This document shows, in pieces, positions 12,212-24,298 of a stretch of DNA of 35,998 nt. The translations under genes and the position numbers were made by a program. Location: assembly GCA_032718475.1 (NCBI GenBank), contig JAUCBJ010007222.1, forward strand, positions 1-35,998, written 5' to 3'. A model generated the notes under the pieces. That model saw only the letters and a list, made by a program, of their open reading frames with translations. It did no database searches and was not told where the DNA came from. Source of the stretch: Nemertoderma westbladi (taxonomy: Eukaryota > Animalia > Xenacoelomorpha). Every line of letters starts with the position of its first letter. Within the stretch, counting starts at the first letter, position 1.

Positions 12212-13284
12212 ATTTTTAAGGCACTTCCGTCTGTCCGTAATTCTGTAATTGTTAAACCAACAAATCGGCGCCGGTTTTTATTTTTGGGAGCGCCATTCGC
12301 CAAAGCCGGCGCACTTTACGATTTTCGAGCGCGCCACGCGCCATATTGGCGCGCTTTTATTGTAAAGCGCGCCGGATGGTAGGGTAGGCCTAATGCTAAT
12401 GCAGTAAGCCTATCTGGCTGTCAGGCAAATACCACCTATCTGCCTATCAGCCTATTGTTGTATTGTTTACGTAGTCTTAGCCAACAGGCCAATGACGGCG
12501 TTACGTTAAGTACTGCAGTACTGTTAGCGTTGAGTAGGGTTTAGGCTAATGTTACAATTTTGGAATAAATGACCATAAAAGAACATTAAAAGACCATAAA
12601 AAATTTATAATCTATATATTTCTGTATTGGCCGTTTGGTATGAACAGATGAAGGTTAGCTAAATATATTTGATTCTGTTACCGGCTGCCGGCTGACCGGT
12701 ATGTTAATTAATAATGAGGTCAGGCAGTCAGGAGGTGTAGGCCTATCACCTGATCACAGCTCTGCACAGTATCATATAAAGAGGTTATGAGTTGAACAAG
12801 CCCACTAACAGTATGGGGCGTTCCTCACTCTCATCCAATGATCCAACCCTTGTCTAATGGCAGAATGGAACAAGATATGCCCACGTAGACGTACCGGTAG
12901 AGCTGTGATGTAGCGCTGTAGGTCTGTGCGTATATATTATACGTATAGCATAGGCCTAAGCCTACCCCTTACTGAACTTAATATCTTACAGTCTTATGTT
13001 ACTTAAGTCTAGGCCTACTCCACTCCATACGGTACGATACAGCCATATTCAATTCATCTAACTGCTTAACGTCTAACGCAACGCTTCCCCGATAAATAAC
13101 TCTAACACACTCTATGTGCTGTGCCGTGGCCTGTCTATAAACCAATAAACTGCATAATGCCAAATGCAGTAGGCCTATCGTTAATGCTGTAATGTTAATG
13201 TAATATCAGAATACTGGAATATATATATTGGATTGGTTGATTCTGTTATTAAGCCGACAACTGAATCACCGATCGCCTCCCACC

Positions 13285-14358
13285 ATGACGAATCTTATCG
13301 AAACAATCGAGATTTCCGGTTCACTTGATAGTTTAAATGATTCCGAGTCCGGCCGAACCCCAAAACGCCACAGAATTGTGAGCGAAAACTCCACGAAGCA
13401 GGAACCTAACGAGAAACGAACCTGCCAACCCGAAAACCCTTCGGGCGAACCGTTCGACACATTCGTAACCGCCTACGTATCCGCAAACAACACGCCGTCA
13501 ACGAGCCCCACACCTGAGGCAACGGAGGAGGACCAAAAGAAATCAGAGTTCTCCGACGGACTCCAGTTTATATCCCACATCCAGGAGAAAGTCGTCGAAG
13601 TTTCCTCGTTAAACCCGAATGCGAGGGAGTTCTCTATGCCGAAGTCATTCCGCGAGCGTTTAAACGGCGCGGTTGTTAACGGGGACGCCGCCTTGCTGAG
13701 CACCTCGATGCCCTCTGGGATGGGTCGGCGGTCCTTCAACACGGCGGATCTTATAGGCCCGGAGATCCGCTACATCCCGGTGACCCCCTCGCTGTACGGC
13801 GCCCCCCTGCTCGCCCCCCACTCCCTGGGCCCCGCTCCCCCCTCCCCCGAAATCGAGCGGCCCTGGGTGCTGACCGCCTTCGGTAGGAAGCTCGCTTGTC
13901 TGCAGTCCATCGCCGTCGGACGACTCGGGAACTTTATCGCCCCGTTTCAGTTTTCCGTCACCGATTTCAACGTTCTTTCCCAGGACCTCATGGAAACCAA
14001 CGGGAATCTTTACTCTCACGTTTTGGACCCGCAGTGGCTCGCGTGGTCTTACCGCTCCACCGTTATACTCGCGGACATTATCCGACATTCCTCCGACATC
14101 GTCTGCCTGCAGGAAGTCAACGAGGTCCATTTCTACGACTTCTTCCAGCCCAAAATGCGCCAACTCGGCTACACCTGCGTGTATAAGAAGCGACGCGGGG
14201 ACAAGCCCGACGGTTGCGCCACGTTCGTTCGGAGCAGCGTGTTCGAGGTGCTACACGTACAGAAGGTTGAGTACTACGTGTCGGATCGCTGCGTTCTAGA
14301 TCGCGATAATATCGCGCTCATACTCACACTGAAACCAAACTTCCCGAAGAACGTTAAG
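13285..14358 (+). CDS. angel: Angel-family (CCR4-like EEP phosphatase/nuclease) protein, coding exon 1 of 5
   Basis: Kozak-like CACCATG at 13285. Low-complexity N-terminus, then FNVLSQDL...LY...LAWSYR, DIVCLQEV, YKKRRGDKPDGCATF and LDRDNIALI, typical of Angel. Donor AAG|GTTGGT, phase 0. An additional upstream exon cannot be excluded. Confidence 0.9.
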
Positions 14359-14842
14359 GTTGGTACGACTACGCTTATAGCCTACTGTTATGTTATATTC
14401 AGATTACTTTATTTCCAGGGTAGAGTAGATAAATATAAATTAGATATTTTTTGTAGGCCTAAGAAGATTTTTTGCAGGATAATATACATGCAGGATAACA
14501 TAACTCTGGCAGACCCATAAAAGTCAACATTTTTGTTAAGATATACAATCTATTGAATCATATTATCTAGGCCTATTCAATATATTCCCCAAAGTAGAAC
14601 TTCTACACAGAAATGATGAATACGGTACGCTGATAACGTATTATAGGCTCTAAACTACTAGATTGAACGTAAAATATCTAAATGAAACTATCAAGGTGAA
14701 TTAATTTCACCGTAGAAATGTTGAATATTTGTAATGAAATATTGAATGATTAGATGTAATAATTACTTTCTACAGGGGGAGGGGGGGGGGGGGGGGTATT
14801 ACAAATCTACTTAATTTAGCAATCATGTCTCATTTATTAGCA

Positions 14843-14956
14843 ATGTGTGACAGGGGGGGAGTCGAGCCAGCGTAACACTTTGTGACAGAAGGGGGTGGGG
14901 GGGGGGGGGGGGGTCAAAAATCGGGAAATTTGCGTGACATACTTTATGAACACCCC
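14843..14956 (-). mobile_element. One-ended MITE fragment (possibly PIF/Harbinger-like)
   Basis: Minus strand GGGGTGTTCATAAAGTATGTCACGC followed by a C-run and repeated GTCACA motifs, resembling common invertebrate MITE ends. No partner TIR seen. Confidence 0.4.
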
Positions 14957-15430
14957 GTGATCTTTAAATATTGTTGCAACATGGGAGCGACTAAGTTCTT
15001 GTAAATCATCATATAATGCAGCAAAGCTGCTAAACATCTGACAAGCCACTCCACTACACCACTGCGGTGAAATTGTCTTGTGAAATTCGAAAGCATTAAT
15101 AAAAATAGAGTATAATATACCGGTATATATCAGTACCAAATATCAAAGGAATTCCATGGATGGATAGGCCTATATTTTAGGGAAATTGGTGATAACATCC
15201 GAAATTCCACAAAATATATTGTTTTATATTTGAATTCATTTATAATTAAATCAATTATATATTACTATTGTTATAAAGAGTAGGGTAGTTTAAAGTGTTT
15301 ATATGTACGGTACGTGCTTGATACATGCCTCACAACATATTGTATATGTGTGAGTTATTTAGGAAAATAACATGACTGATTGATTTACAGCCATGAAATT
15401 CATATTCGTTTTCCCTACTGGTTAAGTAAT

Positions 15431-17589
15431 GGTCCATTCCACGAGAAGTGTTCCCAGGGGAAAAAATATTTTTTACTTCCTATCACGCCATTGCATATCT
15501 TATAATATACATAGAAGATCAAATTTTCTAGAACAGTGATTGTTTCTTAGTCATTCCATGTTATATTGAAAATATTTGACTTCAAAGTTTGCCATAATAT
15601 TGCAGTTATCAAAATAAAAATTGCACTTATTATGAATTTGGCTGGAAATGATAAAAAGATTAATGTTTACTAAAACCGTTCTTGTCTAAGTATTAAAGTC
15701 GAATGTAAGGAAAAACATCCAAATTGTAATTCTGGATAATATAGTTGTGACCAACTTTGCGAATGAAATGTTACTTTTCGTTTGTAACACACGTAACATA
15801 ATATAACTAAAATTTTCAATTTCTAAGCTTTCACTGCATTTGGTAAGTCATGGTTTGGTTAAGCATACAAAGTAAGAATGTTATTTGCTCTAAAATGCCA
15901 CAAAGAGTAAAGTCTGTGAATAATCCAGTACAACTTACAAGACAATTAAAAAATGTAACACACGTAACATGTTACGTGTGTTACATGTATGAATTTCAAA
16001 GTTATATAAAATAATTCAAGAATATAATAACATCAATTAGAAATTATATACCATTCATTAAGGGCGATTCATAGTTACCATGATGTCGCATCAAACATCA
16101 CTTTAACAAGTGCTGCAAAATACCACGTCTCGACTGCGAGATCCGCTATGCTCTCTACCTAAATGACCTACCTTAATTTTTAATTAATATAAATCCTTTT
16201 ATCCGGTTATGTGCCTTTCTTTCTTTTTTTATCTAATACTAACACAATACATCGTTCTCTACTTTTACTGAAAGTGCAACTAAAATTATATTCTTTAATT
16301 CTTCATAATTTTTCCTTGTGGAAAATATACGCCCCATTTGATTCATTAAGGGCGATTCACACGGGATAAGAATGAGTCATGCCTAGTCATGAAACTTGAG
16401 TACTGACAGCTACCCAATGAAAAAAAGTACACCATAATAAAAATGGAAATCTTTCTCTTTTGATTTGTTATACTTAAGTTTCAGGACTGGTCACGAGTCA
16501 TTCTTACCTCCAGTGTGAATCCCCCTTAATGAATGGTATATAATTTCTAATTGAAGTTATTATATCTCATTGAAATATTTGTAAATAAATATATACAAAT
16601 GTCTCATAACATGTTACGTGTGTTACATTTTTTAATTATCTCGTAAGTTGTACTGGATTATTCACAGACTTTACTCTTTGTGGCATTTTAGAGCAAATAA
16701 CATTCTTACTTTGTATGCTTTAACCAAACCATGGCTTACCGAATGTAGTGAAAGCTTAGAAATTGCAATTTTTAGTTATATTATGTTACGTGTGTTACAA
16801 ACGAAAAGTAACATTTCATTCGCAAAGTTGGTCACAACTATATTATCCAGAATTACATTTTGGATGTTTTTCTTCACATTAGGCATTAATACTTACTTAT
16901 ATACGGGGTAATGACAAGACCAATTTTAGTAAATATCAATTTCTTATCATTTTGAGCCAAATTCAAAATATGGGCAATTTTCATTGTGCTAACTGCAATA
17001 TTAGGGCAATCTTTGAAGTTAAACATTTACAATATAACATGGACTGACCAAAAAACAATCACTGTTCTAGAATATTTGATCTTCTATGTTTTATTATATA
17101 AAACATATATTTGTATACAATATGAATGAACATAATTTACTTTGCAAATGAAGTAGTGGTCTTAAATGTAACACACGTAAGGTAACACACGTAACGGAGG
17201 TCACTCGCATTTTTGGTCTACTACTTTAGTCAGAATTGGTTATATTACCTGAAACTATGTTATTTATCATTTTAGATATCTAATTATATCGGATAGTCAC
17301 TGCTCTGCATTACTAATACTCTTGATTTTCATGAAATTTAACGTACATTATTTGTCCATTTTTGGGTGCATTTCAAGTGTAACATACGTAACACTTTTCT
17401 AAATGCTTACCGGTACTGAGAATCTAATATTTACTTTTGTTCAATAATATTTCACATACACAACATGGAATAACCAAACAATTATACAGAAACTATAAGT
17501 TATTGTTTGTGAAGTGTTTTCTAATAAAATTTGCATGATGAACTTCAAAAATCGTATCAGGATGAAACACACGTAACATGGAATGGACC
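15431..17589. mobile_element. Non-autonomous DNA transposon with a large internal inverted repeat (intron 1)
   Basis: Termini GGTCCATTCCA / TGGAATGGACC with 4-bp TSD TAAT (15427-15430, 17590-17593). Arms ~15508-16071 and ~16516-17090 are reverse complements. Recurrent GTAACACACGTAAC motif. Superfamily uncertain (a 4-bp TSD is compatible with Sola). Confidence 0.75.
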
Positions 17590-18191
17590 TAATATGGAAT
17601 TTGGGGGGGGGGGGGGGGGGGGTTGTTATGTTTTTGAGGAGAGCAACTATGAAACAATTGAGACGATTTAAATAAGTTTTTGATATCCACTATTATTTTG
17701 TGGTAAACATTTGGCATATGGGCGTGCCGGAGTTGGTATACTGTAATTGAGTTTTAAGGTTTTAAGTTAACTGGTTTTCTACTTTAGTTCGGGATTAGAA
17801 TCCCAGTTCGGTGTCTGTCTGGTAAAATCATGTGCTATAGTGCCCCGTCGTTTAGTATTCGTGGAATATTGTTTTAACAGTGTTTTACACACATTGTCTA
17901 TGATGTTATCGTTATGTTTATGTTTACCAAGTCTGTTCCGAGAAACTCAGTTTTTGTTTATAAATGGGATAAATTGTTCACAATTAGCTTATAATATTCA
18001 ACTGATAGATTTGATAAGGTATGTCGGATTAAACATGCAAACCAACAAACACATTAGAAGGTCCTAATTGATTTTATTCAGCAATGACAAAAGGCTTTAC
18101 GGCCTCCAATATAAATAATTTTAACATTATGATAGTTCTTTTTATGTCAGGTACCGGTAGGGATGTTGATCACTTGTTTTAACCCTCACAG

Positions 18192-18751
18192 GTGAGTAAA
18201 GACATGCGCGATATGCGATTAATAGTCGCCAACACGCATCTGTTATTCAACCCGAAACGCGGAGATGTGAAACTCTCCCAGTTGGGGTTCCTAATGGCGG
18301 AGATCGAGCGACTCTCCTACAAAGAACGAACCCTCAAACTAAACGACAACTACCAACCGGTCCTCCTCTGCGGGGATCTGAGCGCGTCGCCTACGTCGCC
18401 GCTCTACACCTTCCTGCGCCGCGGCTTCCTCAAGTACGACGGCTTGGATTGCGCGGCGGTGAGCGGACAGCTGGTCGAGGACTGGCCGACGTCCAGCCGC
18501 CACCGGTACCTCCGGTACCCCATACTGCCGGAGCAACTGCGTATCAACGAGGATTGCCAGTACCTCGGCGCCTTGTTCCAGCGACGCAAGCGGCAGGAGA
18601 ACCGCGTGGAGCGGTCCATCAGCGAGAGCGAGGGGGTCGCCGTGGGCAACCGGCAGCGGTTGCTGAGCAGCGGGAGGAACACGCCCACCTTCTCGGTTGG
18701 GAGTCCGGTTCCCGATGAAGAGGATGAGGTGGTTGACCCGGACCCGGAGAA
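18192..18751 (+). CDS. angel: Angel-family protein, exon 2
   Basis: Acceptor ctcacag|, phase 0. Encodes VANTHLLFNPKRGDVKLSQL and LLCGDLSASP. Donor AA|GTGAGT, phase 2. Confidence 0.92.
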
Positions 18752-18900
18752 GTGAGTGTTTCTGTAGATTATTATGGCCTGTGGGTGACTTTATATCCTC
18801 CTGGATATATATTGTTTTAAAGTAAAACATGTTAACTGTTTTTTTCAGTAACTCTTAAATTCCAACTATCCTAAAAAGTTAAATATTTCCCCGTTTACAG

Positions 18901-19067
18901 AGCCGGCATGGCGGCTGCCATGGATTTCCTTGGATTGGACTCGAGCACTAAACCTAAACGAGTTTACTCTCGGGAGTTCCTGCTGGAGTTACGGGACAGT
19001 CCGTTATGCGAGGCCGAGCCTCCGGGCCTGTCCACCTTCCCACCCGAGATGCGTCAGCAAGGGGAAA
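18901..19067 (+). CDS. angel: Angel-family protein, exon 3 (contains eIF4E-binding-like motif)
   Basis: Acceptor tttacag| and donor A|GTGAGT. Phases 2/1 keep the frame between exons 2 and 4. Encodes KRVYSREFLLELRDSPLCEAEPPGL. Confidence 0.85.
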
Positions 19068-19207
19068 GTGAGTGGAGATTATCTCGAGATATATTTATTG
19101 GATAACATCTTTTTGTATCATTTATTGATGAAATAATGTTGTTTATTAAACTAACAATAATAGTTAGTCCCTCATACTATTATTATTTTCATACGCATCT
19201 CCTGTAG

Positions 19208-19354
19208 GTGAGGATTCGCCTATTCCCCCCAACGATGCCGACGACTTAGACGATCAGCCAGCCTCCATGGCGGAATACCTTCGTAGCACCTCGGATATGG
19301 TGTTACGTCACAAACTTAGATTCCTATCCGCCTTCGAACACCACCTAGTGGATG
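19208..19354 (+). CDS. angel: Angel-family protein, exon 4 (not in the ORF track)
   Basis: Acceptor cctgtag| and donor G|GTAAGT, phases 1/1. Encodes ...VLRHKLRFLSAFEHH, matching the CCR4/Angel LxHxxxLxSAY segment. Confidence 0.88.
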
Positions 19355-19860
19355 GTAAGTGTATATGTTTTTAGCTTTACTTAACCTTCTTTATTTTATA
19401 TTTTTTTCTAGTTTTATAATCTAGTACTTAATGAGATTACAGTCCGAGTTTAGACATGCAGTAGATAAGTAGACAGGCCTACAACTGTTAGCTACTGACC
19501 TGTGAACCGACACAGTAACGAAGGGGTCTGACTTGTATACTGGGGGACGGAACTGACATTAACTTGACGGTCAACCGACGCATAAAACATTATCATCCGT
19601 CTCATACAGTTAATTAGTTACACTTCATATAGAAATAGACAACTCTCTCATCCTGATGGGTTATGTAATATTATTACTAATATTTTAATATTCTTTATTG
19701 AATAAGCTGTCTCCAATAGCTCATTTATTTTGTTTGTCCGCTTTACTAATGTTGCAATTTGTGTAAACGTTGCGTTAGTGAGTTTGGTTCCTGTGGGATA
19801 TTATTTGAGGTGAGTAACTGACGTGTATGTCAGGGACCGGCGCGATTGAGAAAGTCTCAT

Positions 19861-20418
19861 GGAATCGCCGGACAATTTGCCCCCAATTACACTTACTCAC
19901 CAAGGCCCCTAGGAAAATTGCACAATAAATAAGGTTCCTAACTAGTAGTTTAGCATTCCTAACTTGTTACAATATTAAACAATAAAAAACCGTATTATTA
20001 TATTTAATAAAACATCCATGTTTGCTTATTTATGTGCTCATTAATGTCGATATTTTCCAACTGAAGTAATTCATTACAAAAAAATAAAATGCTGACGCGC
20101 TGAAGCCATTCAATTACTTCATAAAATGGCTATAGCTAGCATAAAGACAATCACAATCAATTTGTTCTAGAAAAAAAATCGTGCAATTGTTGAAAAACAC
20201 AGAAAAAGTTGAGTTGTTGTGTTGATGTGTTTAAGTGTTGATCAAGGGAAATATTACTTGAATTTCATAAAACCATAGAAAATATTCAAAGGATTTCAAG
20301 ATTTAAAATATATTTATTAAATAAAATATCGGGGGGCAATTATCCGGGGGGAAATTGTCCGGGGGCAATTGTACTGGGGGCAATTAATTGTCCGGGGGGC
20401 AATAATTGTCCTAGTTCC
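19861..20418. mobile_element. Degenerate MITE with GGGGGCAATTGTCC subterminal repeats
   Basis: Left GGAATCGCCGGACAATTTGCCCCC; right ~5 tandem GGGGGCAATT(G/A)TCC-like units ending CCTAGTTCC. No TSD found. Confidence 0.45.
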
Positions 20419-22400
20419 GTTCCAGGTAGGGGAAGGGAGGTGGCGAGACAATCAAAATGGTACCCCACTGGGGGGGGAATCAATACTCGCAGCTGTACGA
20501 GTAAGTTTGAACATTATCATGTGATATTGCTTCGTGACTGGATCTTGGTTTAAGAATATCCACCCACTATAACCTCACTGCTCCTTCCCCTAAATTAATA
20601 ATATCGTTATTGACTTTACTACCCAGATCTAATTTGCGAGTATATCCCCAGAAAGTCTCGCAGGGACGCAACTATAGTGATACAAAGCAATGGATGGGCC
20701 TGTGACATCTGGCATATATAAAAATAAATTAAACTGGACAAAGTGCCATACTGTATCTGTTTGCATTGTCTGAGACTGGCTACTTTACTTCCTGTTTGCC
20801 TATCATTATATTGATTCCCAGTTTTATCTGGCAGAATTACGTAATCTTTTAATTTGCTCTCTATTTAATTACCGCTAGTTTTTGGTTTCAGCAGTAATCC
20901 AATAGCATACCGCAATGTATTACCGGTACTTTAGTGATTTTATGTGTGATTTTATCTCACTGTAAACAAAACGGATACACTTTGTGTCATGGGCTGGAAA
21001 AATCCGCAGAATTTACCAGTAATGGTGCAAAGTGCAAATAACCTCATTAAAGTATTTATCAGGAGTTCCAGTTACTTACATAATATGCGGGTGTTAGAGG
21101 ATTATTAGAGGGATGTCGCTAAAGTCATATTTTTGACATCCGCTCGGATTCGGATGTCTATTAAATCTTACATATTTTTGCCTGACCTCCCTTTATAAAT
21201 ATTCTCCAAAATTTTTAATATTCTTATCTTTATCCTTATATTAATATTAGTATTAATATTAGTATTCCCCATATTCAAACAAGAGTCTAAGGTTATAGAA
21301 CAGAATAGGACATATTCTAACAATAATATATCAAACAAAATTATCGCCACCAGTGCTAATTCTTCATGCACCAGGACATAATGGATTTACTTCTGGCAAA
21401 GTTGTTATCCAATCTAGTAAGAAATAGTTTTGATTATTTTATATTTTGATAATTTAAGTTAAAAGCAAAAAATTTAAGACAAAAAATAATAATTATTTAA
21501 ATTTTAATTGAGTGTTTATCGTTGGATATTTATGGTATATAATTTGCGACAGTAAATACAGCCAGCCGGGACTGTAATAATTCAATAGAAATATACTTAT
21601 CAAATAAATTGTAACAATTGAAGAATGTTTTTTCTCCGAAAGGCTAAGTCTACACATATTATAGTGAGTATAGTATAGTAAACCGCACTACTATAAACCC
21701 ACCCCTAGAATTAATACTACCTAGCTACCGTTTAACCGTTATTACTTCTCTGGATGTAACACAACAGTACAATGTACATTTGTTTATATCTTGTCTCAAG
21801 GAATTTCCCTCCCAAATTATTACCTTATCGTTTCGTGTTTTCCACGAATATGTTAATTAATATAATATGATATTATAGTGATATCAGTGTTACTGGAAAC
21901 CGAAACCTGGTCTGGTACATTGCATAGTCTCAGTATAGATTGATCTACTGCTGAAATCTCCCTACTTTAATTAATGCTTTGTATTATAATATATCCATTA
22001 CCAAACACTTCGTGCCATTTCCATATATTACTTTTATAAAGCAGAAGATTTCATTAACATTAAAAGTCTCCCTCAGATTCATCCACTGCGAAAGTCTCCC
22101 TTTATCTACTATAGTACTTGGGAGCGTCTCCCTCGAGATTGTTACACTGCAGCAGCAGAAGCCTCCATTAACTAGTTTAACCGAAATTAAGCCGCTGTTA
22201 ACTAACGTTATTTCTCTAAGATAAGGTTGTGCAACAGACAACTTATAATTCCAATGTATAATTATATTATAAAGACTTGTGTTTCGGGGGTTGCAATGTA
22301 ATCTTAAATCTAATTCTTTAATCTTTTATAGAGGTCGGGAAATTGTATGGGCCATTTACCGTGGCTGATTGTGGCCACTTAATTTCAGTTTTTTCATATT

Positions 22401-23076
22401 TGTCACCCGCGTGACAATTATTTATCACCCGGGTGACAATTATTTATCACCCGGGTGACAATTATTTATCACCCGGGTGACAATTATTTATCACCGGGTG
22501 ACACTTATTTATCACCCGGGTGACAATTATTTATCACCCGGGTGACAATTATTTATCACCCGGGTGACAATTATTTATCACCCGGGTGACAATTATTTAT
22601 CACCCGGGTGACAATTATTTATCACCCGGGTGACAATTATTTATCACCCGGGTGACAATTATTTATCATCCGGGTGACAATTATTTATCACCCGGGTGAC
22701 AATTATTTATCACCCGGGTGACAATTATTTATCACCCGGGTGACAATTATTTATCACCCGGGTGACAATTATTTATCATCCGGGTGACAATTATTTATCA
22801 CCCGGGTGACAATTATTTATCACCCGGGTGACAATTATTTATCACCCGGGTGACAATTATTTATCACCCGGGTGACAATTATTTATCACCCGGGTGACAA
22901 TTATTTATCACCCGGGTGACAATTATTTATCACCCGGGTGACAATTATTTATCATCCGGGTGACAATTATTTATCACCCGGGTGACAATTATTTATCACC
23001 CGGGTGACAATTATTTATCACCCGGGTGACAATTATTTATCACCCGGGTGACAATTATTTATCACCCGAGTGACAA
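22401..23076 (+). repeat. 22-bp subterminal tandem array (~30 copies), unit TGACAATTATTTATCACCCGGG
   Basis: Directly visible and nearly invariant; contains the palindrome TCACCCGGGTGA. Confidence 0.97.
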
Positions 23077-23186
23077 ATACTGGTGTTTTTCAGCAATCAA
23101 TCTTTATCCCTACAGTATCATTATTTTCTTGCAGTGTCTGATCTGTCTGTCTGTATATTCAAGTGGTACAGTATTTCTTATTCATC

Positions 23187-23654
23187 ATGAGTCTAATTGA
23201 TAACGTTATTGAACGGTATTTCTGGTTGGGATTTAACTACAGTGAAATAGCACATCTTGTCAAAAAGGCATAAATATTTCTTCACGAACGATTCGACGTA
23301 GGTTGAATTCGTCAGGTCATACACGGATTTTAGTTAGATCCATTCGATTTTGATGCTATTGTTAGTGTTCTTGAAGTAGAATCCTTCAATCGGAAAACAG
23401 CGGGCTATAGACAATTGCAACGCATTCTGATGGATGACTACCATCTGTTTGCACCGCGAAAGGTAGTTGCATTAATATTGAAAATTGTAGACGTAACTGG
23501 TAGAATATCTCGAATCGGAAATAAACTCACAAGGCGAACTTACTTTTCGAAGGGGCCGAATTTTTTATTGCACATTGATGGTTGGGATAAACTGAAACCA
23601 TTTGGATTGACAGTGCACGGATCTGTGGATGGATATAGTCGAAAGATTGTTTGA
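23187..23654 (+). pseudogene. Degraded DDE/integrase-core transposase, N-terminal part
   Basis: MSLIDNVIERYFWLGFNYSEIAHL; frameshift; ISSRTIRRRL; GYRQLQRIL...VVALILKIVD; RRTYFSKGPNFLLHIDGWDKLKPFGLTVHGSVDGYSRKIV*. The HIDG..KL...HG..DG.SR motif is typical of this transposase family. The rest of the catalytic domain is absent. Confidence 0.85.
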
Positions 23655-24298
23655 AGCGTCGTTGTTAGAAGCCTCACATTGTTAGAAGCGATAAAGGCAC
23701 CGAAAATGTTAACGTCGAAGCAATACATCGATATTTCAGATCCTTCAATGATGAACAATTATTACAGAAGTGCTCAGTATTTATTTTTTATTTATTTATT
23801 TATCAGTGCTCAGTAAGTATTTATAAAAAAAAATTGCAGTGAACTAAAGAAAAAAAGTGAATTAAAAGTTAAATACGTACATTTGGGTTTAATTTATATT
23901 CATAAATGACATCACTGTCATAAGGGGGGCGGGGTGTGGGGGGGGGGGGTGGGTGGCTGTATCCTCTGACATATTCTCATAACTGAGCCTCGTGCTGCGC
24001 GAAGGACCCACAAATGTTTTTCAACTGTAACCGGGTATCTTTTACCTGATATTATAACACTGTTTTTAAACAATATAAGCAATAATTCCGTTTAAAATAA
24101 CAGTTATTTATATGACAAATTAATAAAATTACGAACAAACAATCACGAAAACTGACCGATATTACAAAGAAAAATATTTATTGATGATTTAAAAATTATA
24201 ATCTAATCATGTATATAAGTGTAGAGGTACAGTGTTCTAACAGTTAATTGCAATATCTAAACAGTTATATTGTCTAAACTAACAGTAATACAGTATTC

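Noticed and set aside
13228-14520. 430-aa ORF as a complete single-exon gene
   Set aside because: The TTG start is not credible. Homology stops at the AAG|GT donor (14358) and resumes in phase at 18192.
13266-18830. Antisense and alternative-frame ORFs overlapping the Angel exons (also 25941-26336)
   Set aside because: Shadows of GC-rich coding sequence with no recognisable motifs.
21134-21158. GACATCCG...CGGATGTC hairpin as a Helitron end or terminator
   Set aside because: No properly spaced CTRR end or other element boundary found.
22401-23076. CRISPR-like palindromic repeats
   Set aside because: Head-to-tail 22-bp units without spacers, explained as transposon subterminal arrays.
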